From positions 320,697-384,696 of the forward strand of contig JBMNGZ010000005.1 of NCBI GenBank assembly GCA_050950105.1: a stretch of 64,000 bases of DNA, written 5' to 3'. This DNA comes from Candidatus Hydrogenedentales bacterium. GTDB taxonomy: Bacteria > Hydrogenedentota > Hydrogenedentia > Hydrogenedentales > SLHB01. Of the stretch, positions 9,478 to 17,262 are shown in pieces; position 1 is the first letter of the stretch, and every line of letters begins with the position of its first letter. Under the pieces are notes generated by a model. It made no database searches, was not told where the DNA came from, and saw nothing but the letters and a program-made list of their open reading frames with translations. The translations under genes and the position numbers were made by a program.

Positions 9478-11526
9478 ATGGACAGCAGACTGAATGTTGA
9501 GGCGTTGAAAGCGAGTCCCGGGCACGGGATCCCCCTTGGGGCTTCGGTGGGCGAAACCGGTGTGCATTTCGCGCTGGTGAGCCGTCATGCCAGGCGCGTG
9601 TGGCTGGCCTTGTTCGACAACCCGGACGACGCGCGTCCCGCCGTGGAGTTCGAGCTGGACGCAGAGCGCAACCGCATCGGCGACGTGTGGAGCATTTTTA
9701 TCGAAAACCTGCATGCGGGCGCGTATTACCTTTTCCGCTTGGACGGGCCCTATGATCCGCCCAAAGGCCACCTCTTCAACCCGGACTGCTATGTGCTCGA
9801 TCCGTATGCGCTGATGGTGACCGGCAGCGTGCAGGATTTCGAGGCCAAGTGCGTGGTCGTCGATATTGAGCGTGGCTGGGAGCCGTATCTCCGGTCGCAA
9901 ACGCGCAAAACGAACTCGATTGTGTACGAGGTGCACATCAAAGGGTTTACCGCGCACGAATCCTCAGGCGTGGGGCATCGCGGGACCTATCGCGGCTTTA
10001 TTGAGAAGATTCCGTATCTCCAGGAGCTGGGCGTCACTGCGGTCGAGCTTATGCCGGTGCAGGAAGTCGGTGAGGAGCAGCTCAAACGCCGGAACCCAAA
10101 GACGGGTGAACGTCTCAAGAACTACTGGGGCTACGCGCCCATCGCGTTTTTTGCTCCGGCCGCGCGATTCGGAAGCAAAGGAGGTATTGGCGAACAATTG
10201 CTCGAATTTCGCGAGCTGGTTTCGGCGTTGCACGAGGCCGGGCTCGAGGTCATTCTCGACGTGGTGTTCAACCACACCGCCGAAGGCGATGAAAAGGGCC
10301 CCACGCTCTGCTTCCGCGGTATCGATCACTCGATCTATTATCTGCTTGATGCTGACGGAAGATGCCTGAACTTTACAGGCTGCGGCAACACGGTGAACTG
10401 CAACCATCCGTTTGTGCGCGACCTGATCGGCGACTGCCTGCGGTACTGGACCACCGTCATGCGGGTCGACGGATTTCGTTTCGATCTGGCGTCGGTTCTC
10501 GGCCGCGATCAAAGCGGGAAACTCGTGGAAAACGCCCCGATCATCGAGCGCATCGCCGAGGACCCTATCCTGCGCGATGTAAAACTCACTGCGGAGGCTT
10601 GGGACGTGGGCGGCGCCTACCAGGTCGGCTCCTTCGGCAACAACGGGCGCTGGTCGGAACTCAACGGCAAGTTTCGCGACGATGTCCGCCGGTATTGGAT
10701 CAATGATCCGGATGCGAAGGGCGCCTTTGCGCTGCGCATCACCGGCAGCCCCGATCTGTACCAGGATGATGGCCGGCGGCCGATTCACAGCGTCAATTTC
10801 GTCACTTCTCATGACGGATTCACCCTGAACGATCTCGTCTCCTACAACAAGAAGCACAACGAGGCCAACGGGGAAGGAAACCGGGATGGGCTGGACCACA
10901 ATCACAGCTACAACTTCGGAGTCGAAGGCGAAACCAATGATCCGGCCATTCTGGCGCTGCGCCTGCAGATGCAACGCAACTTTCTCGCGACCCTTTTCAT
11001 CTCGCTCGGCGTGCCCATGCTTCTCGGGGGCGATGAATTCGGGCGCACTCAGAAAGGCAACAACAACGCTTACTGCCAGGACAACGAGATCTCATGGCAC
11101 GACTGGAGATTGTTGGAGAAAAATGCCGCCCTGTTCCGCTTTTGTAAGGGTATGATCCAGTTTCGTAAAGAAAACGCCGTGTTCGAGCGTTCGACGTTCT
11201 ATACCGGCAACCCGTCGCGGAAAGGCGCTAAACCCGATGTGCGCTGGTTCAGGCCAGACGCTCACGCGCAGGATTGGCAGCCCGCTCAGCCGGCCCTGGG
11301 ATTCTGGATTAATGCCACCGAAAACGACGGCGTCCCTCTCTATCTGTTGTTCAACCCTACGCCGGTCGACATCGAATTCATCCTGCCCAGCGGAGACTGG
11401 TGGCTGCGCGTGAACACCGCCGCTACGTCGCCCGGCGACCTGTATGCGGCCGACAAAGCGCCGCGTGCCGGCGAGACGGGCAAAATGACCGTGGCCGGCC
11501 GTTCGATGGTAATTCTCTCCGGCTGA
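9478..11526 (+). CDS. glgX: Glycogen debranching enzyme (GH13 isoamylase)
   Basis: NYWGY, DVVFNHT, GFRFDLAS (Asp), AEAWD (Glu), SHDGFTL (Asp), GNNNAYCQDN. Confidence 0.95.
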   Translation: MDSRLNVEALKASPGHGIPLGASVGETGVHFALVSRHARRVWLALFDNPDDARPAVEFELDAERNRIGDVWSIFIENLHAGAYYLFRLDGPYDPPKGHLFNPDCYVLDPYALMVTGSVQDFEAKCVVVDIERGWEPYLRSQTRKTNSIVYEVHIKGFTAHESSGVGHRGTYRGFIEKIPYLQELGVTAVELMPVQEVGEEQLKRRNPKTGERLKNYWGYAPIAFFAPAARFGSKGGIGEQLLEFRELVSALHEAGLEVILDVVFNHTAEGDEKGPTLCFRGIDHSIYYLLDADGRCLNFTGCGNTVNCNHPFVRDLIGDCLRYWTTVMRVDGFRFDLASVLGRDQSGKLVENAPIIERIAEDPILRDVKLTAEAWDVGGAYQVGSFGNNGRWSELNGKFRDDVRRYWINDPDAKGAFALRITGSPDLYQDDGRRPIHSVNFVTSHDGFTLNDLVSYNKKHNEANGEGNRDGLDHNHSYNFGVEGETNDPAILALRLQMQRNFLATLFISLGVPMLLGGDEFGRTQKGNNNAYCQDNEISWHDWRLLEKNAALFRFCKGMIQFRKENAVFERSTFYTGNPSRKGAKPDVRWFRPDAHAQDWQPAQPALGFWINATENDGVPLYLLFNPTPVDIEFILPSGDWWLRVNTAATSPGDLYAADKAPRAGETGKMTVAGRSMVILSG

Positions 11527-11584
11527 CAAGCTCCGGGCGCACGTTCGACACATGAGGCCGGCGCCAGTCCGGTCCCGGGCTTGC

Positions 11585-12439
11585 TCACATGGCAGAGAAC
11601 ATGGACTGAAAATCGATTATGGGGGAGGTCTGCATGCGTTGTGCCGCGTTCAGGACGGCTCCGGCCACCGCACAACCGGCCCCAAAGCACAGGGCGGCGG
11701 CGTAGAGGGCCAGGCCGGCTTCAAACACTTTGCGCAGGGTATTGCGCCAGGGCCTTGGGACCGGCAGTCCGGCCATCACGGCCAGCGGCGTCAGGATGAA
11801 GAGGGTCCAGAAAAACAGCGCGCCATCGTATCGCTGGAGCCAGTTCCAGAGACCGGAGAGAACCAGGGCTTCGTTGAACAGCAGGCCGTAGCCGTAATCC
11901 AGGAGCGCGACAAACCCCCACGCCACGTAGCGCAACAACACCGCGCCCAGTATCACGCCCAGCACATACCTGGTCAGGACCCATTTTTCGATGGGAGACG
12001 AAGCACTGCGCCCGGATGCGCGCTGCATAAAGAACAATCCGATGTAAATGACCAGTGCGAATGGCCCGATGAGCAGGCCCAACACGATGGCCCCCAGGCG
12101 CACCTGCGCTGGGCGCCTGCCGGTCTGCTCGCCAATGGCCGCACAGACGCCCAGCCAGCGGCGTTCCTCCTCGAATTGGGTCGCGCGCGCCGCGTCTTGG
12201 TCGAGCGCTTCGGCCAGGCGATGGGCATGATGCGCGGCAGGGCCTACGGCACGCAACGCATGCTCGATATCTTCGTCGCCCGGTATGGCGCCGTCCGGCG
12301 ACGGCACCGCCCTGAGAAGCTCCGAGCGCGCCTTTTTGAGAACGCGCTCGCGCTGGCGTTCGGGCAGATCGCTCATATGTTCGCCCATTCGGCGCAGATA
12401 GCGCCCAATGGCGCGCTCTTGCTGGTCCGTAAGTCTCAT
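11585..12439 (-). CDS. HAAS domain + PspC-like domain membrane protein
   Basis: N-terminal YLRRM..HMSDLPERQRERVL...LRAVGPA (HAAS-like), then RRWLGVCAAIGEQTGRRPAQVRLGAIVLGL (PspC-like) and about 3 more TM helices. ATG 12439 with GGAGG SD. Confidence 0.65.
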   Translation of the reverse strand: MRLTDQQERAIGRYLRRMGEHMSDLPERQRERVLKKARSELLRAVPSPDGAIPGDEDIEHALRAVGPAAHHAHRLAEALDQDAARATQFEEERRWLGVCAAIGEQTGRRPAQVRLGAIVLGLLIGPFALVIYIGLFFMQRASGRSASSPIEKWVLTRYVLGVILGAVLLRYVAWGFVALLDYGYGLLFNEALVLSGLWNWLQRYDGALFFWTLFILTPLAVMAGLPVPRPWRNTLRKVFEAGLALYAAALCFGAGCAVAGAVLNAAQRMQTSPIIDFQSMFSAM

Positions 12440-12572
12440 GCCTCCTCCGCGGTGAAGGAAAGTATACCCCACGCGGAGAAACGGGACCAAATTCGGGAAA
12501 AGACGGCCCTGCGAAACGAAACCGAGCCTCATCAGGGGCGTAAACGGCCCGTGGGGCTACGTCTCAAATGAC

Positions 12573-13469
12573 TTACAGCGCCGCGACTTCGACCCGGCAG
12601 TACCAGTCCGGGACGGGCGTAGCCGGGGTCTCGATTTCTCGCTCCGCAGCGCCGCTTTGAGCGGGTGCCGGAGCACTGTTCGCGGGTATCAGGGCGCTAA
12701 TCGACGCGGCAGCGCGCAGGTCAACGGAAACTACATCGAAGCGCCCACGGGCTTGCTCGACGAAGTCTTTCAGCGGTGTGCAGCCTGTGGCGGAGCCAAT
12801 GGCGGTGGTTTCAACCTGCCGCGCACCGGCTTCCACGGCCGCCAAAGCATGGTGGACGGCCTGGCCGGAGCTGTTGTGGCAGCAGGCCGAGATGATGGCC
12901 CGTGACTCCACGAACTGGACGATGTCGCGCACCATTTCCGTGTAGGCCGCGGTTTTGGCAGTACCCGTGCCGTCGGGGACCGCAATGCGTATCGCGCCCG
13001 CGTTGATGGCAACACCTATGCACTGCCGCCGGAACGGCCGTTCCATGGCCTCCATGCCGTCGATCGAGAACTGGGCCTCGATTCCCTCGGCGCGAACGGC
13101 CGTAACGGCTTTTTCTATTGCGCGGCACCATTCGACGCGCTTTCCGCCACTGCGGGCCGGGTCAGACGGCAGGTACACATGAACCAGTGGTTTCGCGGCA
13201 TGCCTGACGGCGTCGAGCGCGGCGGCGATCTCGGCCGGGTCACAGGCGGCCAAAGCGGCCACTTGGGACGCGCTGATGCTCTTTGCCACGGCGGTGACCA
13301 GGGCGCGTTGCGCCGGGGACTGGGCGGGATGCCCCGCCTCAATGGTTGAAACGCCGGCCTGTTCCAGCACGCGCGCGATGGCGGTGGCCTGGTCTACGGA
13401 AACGGCCGGGCCGGTCCACGCGAAGCGTTGAGACAGCGTGGTATCGTAGATTCGAACTGCTCCGGGCAT
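12573..13469 (-). CDS. 2-isopropylmalate synthase (LeuA/HMGL-like) catalytic-domain homolog, catalytically degenerate
   Basis: Colinear with the LeuA TIM barrel (IYDTTL, IEAG, GAIRIAVPD, IISACCHN, AVEAGARQVE), but RDGEQ, HxH and GERAGN are lost and there is no regulatory domain. SD GAAGGAG. Confidence 0.8.
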   Translation of the reverse strand: MPGAVRIYDTTLSQRFAWTGPAVSVDQATAIARVLEQAGVSTIEAGHPAQSPAQRALVTAVAKSISASQVAALAACDPAEIAAALDAVRHAAKPLVHVYLPSDPARSGGKRVEWCRAIEKAVTAVRAEGIEAQFSIDGMEAMERPFRRQCIGVAINAGAIRIAVPDGTGTAKTAAYTEMVRDIVQFVESRAIISACCHNSSGQAVHHALAAVEAGARQVETTAIGSATGCTPLKDFVEQARGRFDVVSVDLRAAASISALIPANSAPAPAQSGAAEREIETPATPVPDWYCRVEVAAL

Positions 13470-13609
13470 GATAAATCTCCTTCAGACAGAGTCAATGCGG
13501 TGTATGTGGAAAAAGAGCCGTCACACCGCACCAAGCGCCCGGATCTGAGGCCAGGTAGCCCCACATCCATACGACACCACCTCCCTTCAGCGGCCCCCTT
13601 GATGGGACC

Positions 13610-13644
13610 AAAAAAAAGAGCCGCGGGCTTTTTCGGCCCGCGGC
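13610..13644 (-). terminator. Intrinsic terminator (attenuator) upstream of the leuA-like gene
   Basis: Minus strand GCCGCGGGC-cgaaaaa-GCCCGCGGC-TC-T8: 9-bp GC stem followed by 8 U. Confidence 0.9.
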
Positions 13645-13675
13645 CTTGAGTTCCAGAACCCTTACGGGGTGTTGA

Positions 13676-13759
13676 TTAAGGAATTCGAGGCATAATGGGC
13701 CGGCCTTCCTCCACGAGGAGGAGTGAGAGTAGGCGGCTCATATGCTTCGAATTAACCAC
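13676..13759 (-). CDS. Leu-rich attenuator leader peptide (leuL-like), MVNSKHMSRLLSLLLVEEGRPIMPRIP
   Basis: GTG 13759 with AAGGA 8 nt upstream (alternative in-frame ATG 13741); codons CTA CTC TCA CTC CTC CTC; TAA at 13676-13678, about 30 nt before the terminator. Confidence 0.75.
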   Translation of the reverse strand: MVNSKHMSRLLSLLLVEEGRPIMPRIP

Positions 13760-13790
13760 TATGTAAATCCTTCGTCTACTACTTGGAGAG

Positions 13791-13819
13791 ACTATAACAT
13801 CTCTTCCACGTCCCGTCAA
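13791..13819 (-). promoter_or_regulatory. Sigma70-type promoter for the leader/leuA-like transcript
   Basis: TTGACG-17 nt-TATAGT with extended -10 TGn. Confidence 0.8.
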
Positions 13820-13979
13820 ATCTCCTTTTTTCCTGCAAAGGCATCGTGACCCCGGCCAGGCGCGTTACACGGGCCCTTCTATTGAGAAACTGAGGGTTTT
13901 TGTGGCACAGTGAGCGCGCTTGGAGGCCCTTCGTATTGGGATTTTCTGGAATTCTGGCATTGCGGAAGGAGAAGCGACG

Positions 13980-14432
13980 ATGCTCAAAGAGTTCAAAGAG
14001 TTCGCATTGCGCGGAAACGTGGTCGATATGGCAGTAGGTATTGTCATAGGCGGCGCGTTCGGCACCATTGTGAAGAGTCTCGTGGATGATGTGCTGATGC
14101 CTCCCATCGGCTGGGTCGTGGGCGGGGTAGATTTTTCCAATTTCTTCCTGGTCATCAAGGACGGCAGCACTCCGGGACCCTACGTTTCCCTGGGCGCGGC
14201 AAAGACAGCGGGCGCGGTGACCCTCAATTACGGGCTTTTCGCGAATTCCGTGATCAGTTTCCTCATTGTGGCCTTTGCCCTGTTTATGGTCGTCAAGGCA
14301 ATGAATCAGCTGCACCGGACGGGAGAACCCGCAGCCGAACCCGCCACGAAAGACTGCCCGTTCTGCCTGTCGTCGATCCCGCTCAAAGCGAGCCGCTGCC
14401 CGCATTGCACCTCGGCCATTGAGGCGGCCTGA
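13980..14432 (+). CDS. mscL: Large-conductance mechanosensitive channel with C-terminal CxxC-x10-CxxC
   Basis: [41 protein letters not shown]; tail KDCPFC...RCPHC. Confidence 0.95.
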   Translation: MLKEFKEFALRGNVVDMAVGIVIGGAFGTIVKSLVDDVLMPPIGWVVGGVDFSNFFLVIKDGSTPGPYVSLGAAKTAGAVTLNYGLFANSVISFLIVAFALFMVVKAMNQLHRTGEPAAEPATKDCPFCLSSIPLKASRCPHCTSAIEAA

Positions 14433-14605
14433 GGCGTAACGGACACGCCGACGAGACGAGACCGGGGAGCCGGCCGTGGCGCGACTGAATTCGCCGCATC
14501 GCGGCGTGCAACGCGCACGAAGCCCCGTTCACGTGGGCGCCGTGTGGCGCAGGGCGCTCGGAGCAAAACCTCAGGGCGGGCGATTGCCATTGACGGCGGC
14601 GGCTG

Positions 14606-14614
14606 TGCTACACT
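14606..14614 (+). promoter_or_regulatory. Possible extended -10 promoter element
   Basis: TGcTACACT; candidate -35 boxes sit at non-canonical spacing. Confidence 0.35.
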
Positions 14615-14850
14615 GAAGGGCAAACCGGGGAGAACGGCGAGGGGCCTTGGAAGCCTGCCCAGGACGAGTGAAGCGCGAGATCTGCGTGCTTCGTGTTCCA
14701 TCCGCCGCCGGTTCACCTGTTGCCCGCCGGTATCCTGGGTCCGATACGGCAACCCGACGGATGAATCCGCTTTGAAACACCCGGTGTTGCAGGCGAGAAC
14801 ATATAACAGTAACAGGCAGAGGCGCGCCGCTGAGGTTTTTCGGGTAGAGC

Positions 14851-17262
14851 ATGTGTAGGCGATATTTACTTGTCATTATGCTGGGGGTGCTGTGTGCCGG
14901 AGCGGCGGGCGCGATGGAGGCGGGCGCGGCGAAGGTTGAGATAACCCCCGAATTGGGCACGCCGCTTGCCGGGAGTTACCAGCGAATGGGGCGCGGCGCG
15001 ACAGCCGTGCACGACCCGTTTTATGTGCGGGCTCTTTATCTTGAAGACGGCGAGACCCAGGTATTTCTTGTGTCAGCCGACCTGGCCGCGATCAGCCCTG
15101 AGCTTCGCGAAGCGGTGCTCGAACGCCCCTTGCACGACGTGCCGCGCGAAAACGTCTTCCTGACCGCTACCCACACGATGAACGGGCCGGGAGGGATGGT
15201 CTATTCTCCCGCGTTTCGGGTTCTCACGGGGCGGTACATGCCCGAGCTGGTGGAATCCATGGCCGACCGCTTCGCAGAAGCCATGGCCGAGGCCTACGGC
15301 AACCGAAAACGCGCCACGCTCGGATTTGGCACAGCGGAGCCGCCGGCACTGTCACGCAATGCCGTCATCAAAGACGGCTCAGTCGACAGCCAGCTGGGTG
15401 TGTTGCGCGTGAATGACTCCGACGGCAAGCCGCTGGCTATCGTCGGCAATTTTGGCGCGCGCTGCATCGGGGCCACCATCCCCGGGCCCGAGATGCTGAC
15501 ATTGAGCGCCGATGTGCCCGGGCGTTTTTGCGAGGAACTGGAGAAGCTGGCCGAAGGGTCTATTGCGATGTTCCTGCAGGGCGCCTGTGGCGACGCCGAG
15601 TTCGGGAACCCGTCGGGTGCGACCGGCTGGGCGCGCGTGGAAACGGCCGGCCGGGCGCTGGCCCAGCTCGCGTTTGAAACGGCGCAGACCATCAAGAGCA
15701 ACGATCAGCCGATCACGGTGTCTTTTGCGAACGTGGAGTTTCCTCCTACCCTGGCCGATGCCTACCTGCCGTCGGCCGCCCCGCTGGCCACGCTGGAAAT
15801 CGGCTCGTTGGCGATGACGTTTCTTCCCGGCGCTCCAGGCGGCGCTCTATCAAAGCAATTGCGCTCGTTTTGTCTCAAACTCGGGTATGAGGCCCAGTTT
15901 ACCGTGGGCGTTGCCAACGATTACCGGTTCTTTTTCCTTTCTGGAGCCGAATTCTCCGCGCCCGGCCCGGAGAGCCTGCTGTCGTTTTATGGACCGGGCA
16001 TGGGGGACTGGCTGCTCGCGAACTTCTCGCGCTTGCTGTCGAAGGGGTCCGCCGGCGAGCCCGTCGTTCGGGAAGATTCGCCCGAGGTGCATGCCGAAAG
16101 CGGGATCCAGCGCATCATTCTAAAAGGCACGCCCTACCAGCTTGGGCACGCGAGGGGAGCGGCGTTTCGTGAAACCCTTCAGACCCAGTTCGAGGAGCGC
16201 TATGCCGAACCGGCGGTCTGGGGCACGCTGGCGCCGCCAGAACCCTTCGTGGCCAGTCTGCCCGAATGCGTAAGGCCGTATCTCGCGCTGTCCAACGTGA
16301 CGCTTCCCTGGCTGGCCTTGCGATCGAGGGCCTTGCTGACTGGCCTGCCGGAGGGCCTGCTCGAGGAGCTTGCCGGCATGGCGTCGGGAGCGGAGATGCC
16401 TTTTGACGCGGCCTGGCTGGTCCAGTGCGAGCCGATGATGGAGGCCGGGGAGCGGCGGGAAGGCGCGCCGCCGGAATCGTTTGGCGTCATGTTCGCGGTG
16501 GTTGGCTTGAAGGCCGGAGCGGATGACATCCTGGTCGGACATAATCTCGACGCTCCGGAGCCCTTTGCTCCCGTGGTCTACGATGTATCTCCGGTCCAGG
16601 GTTTTCGCTATTTTCTGGTCGGGGCTCCCGCGCGTTTTGGTGGTTTCAGCGGTATGAACGAGGAAGGTGTAGTGCTCTGTGTCGAACGGAATGAGCTGCT
16701 TGGGTCGCCTTCCCAGTCCGGTCCGTCCGTTGAGCTGCTTGCAGCTCATGTCTTGAACAAGGCCCGGAACGCCTGGGCGGCCCTTGAGATGATAGAGACC
16801 TTCCCGCAGCTGAAGGGCTACCATATTCTCCTGGGTGACCCCGTTTCGAGCAGCAATGCGCCACCTCCGGCACGGGTCATGACGCTCGATGCGAGCCCCC
16901 GCTTGCGGGCGCCTACACAGGGCACTTTGCTCGGCGCCAATCCAGAAGCAGAACAGCTGAGCGATGCCGCCCGCGAGCGGTATCTGCGGCTGGCTGCGCT
17001 GATCGCGGACGAGCGCCACGTCAATCCGCTTGAAGCCCAAGAGTTTTTGTCGGATTCTCAAAAGGACGTGCCCGAAACATCGAGCGTCTTTAACCTCAAT
17101 ACACGGTATAGCGTGGTCTTTGAGCCGAAAGCGCGATGCATGCACGTTGCAGCGCCAGCACCGGATGGCGGCCCCGGGCCGTACCTGCGCTTTGAGTTTG
17201 AATCCGACGCCGAGCCCAAGGGCACGGAACCAGCCGGGGAAACAGGCGGGAGCCTGCGATGA
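14851..17262 (+). CDS. Secreted fusion of neutral ceramidase-like N-terminal domain and C45/NAAA (Ntn-hydrolase)-like domain, both apparently degenerate
   Basis: Signal peptide; GAAKVEITP, HDPFYVRALYL, TATHTMNGPG, QGACGD; then ILKGTPYQLGHARG, EELAGMA, GHNLD, GFSGMNEEG. Confidence 0.7.
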   Translation: MCRRYLLVIMLGVLCAGAAGAMEAGAAKVEITPELGTPLAGSYQRMGRGATAVHDPFYVRALYLEDGETQVFLVSADLAAISPELREAVLERPLHDVPRENVFLTATHTMNGPGGMVYSPAFRVLTGRYMPELVESMADRFAEAMAEAYGNRKRATLGFGTAEPPALSRNAVIKDGSVDSQLGVLRVNDSDGKPLAIVGNFGARCIGATIPGPEMLTLSADVPGRFCEELEKLAEGSIAMFLQGACGDAEFGNPSGATGWARVETAGRALAQLAFETAQTIKSNDQPITVSFANVEFPPTLADAYLPSAAPLATLEIGSLAMTFLPGAPGGALSKQLRSFCLKLGYEAQFTVGVANDYRFFFLSGAEFSAPGPESLLSFYGPGMGDWLLANFSRLLSKGSAGEPVVREDSPEVHAESGIQRIILKGTPYQLGHARGAAFRETLQTQFEERYAEPAVWGTLAPPEPFVASLPECVRPYLALSNVTLPWLALRSRALLTGLPEGLLEELAGMASGAEMPFDAAWLVQCEPMMEAGERREGAPPESFGVMFAVVGLKAGADDILVGHNLDAPEPFAPVVYDVSPVQGFRYFLVGAPARFGGFSGMNEEGVVLCVERNELLGSPSQSGPSVELLAAHVLNKARNAWAALEMIETFPQLKGYHILLGDPVSSSNAPPPARVMTLDASPRLRAPTQGTLLGANPEAEQLSDAARERYLRLAALIADERHVNPLEAQEFLSDSQKDVPETSSVFNLNTRYSVVFEPKARCMHVAAPAPDGGPGPYLRFEFESDAEPKGTEPAGETGGSLR

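Noticed and set aside
14615-14680. GGGCAAACC resembling a c-di-GMP-I riboswitch start
   Set aside because: No GNRA-capped P2 followed by GGACGCAAAGC, and no matching 3' P1 strand.
14715-14800. CGGCAACC resembling SAM-I
   Set aside because: The AUCxAGAG, GAGGGA kink-turn and GUGCxAAxUCC elements are missing.
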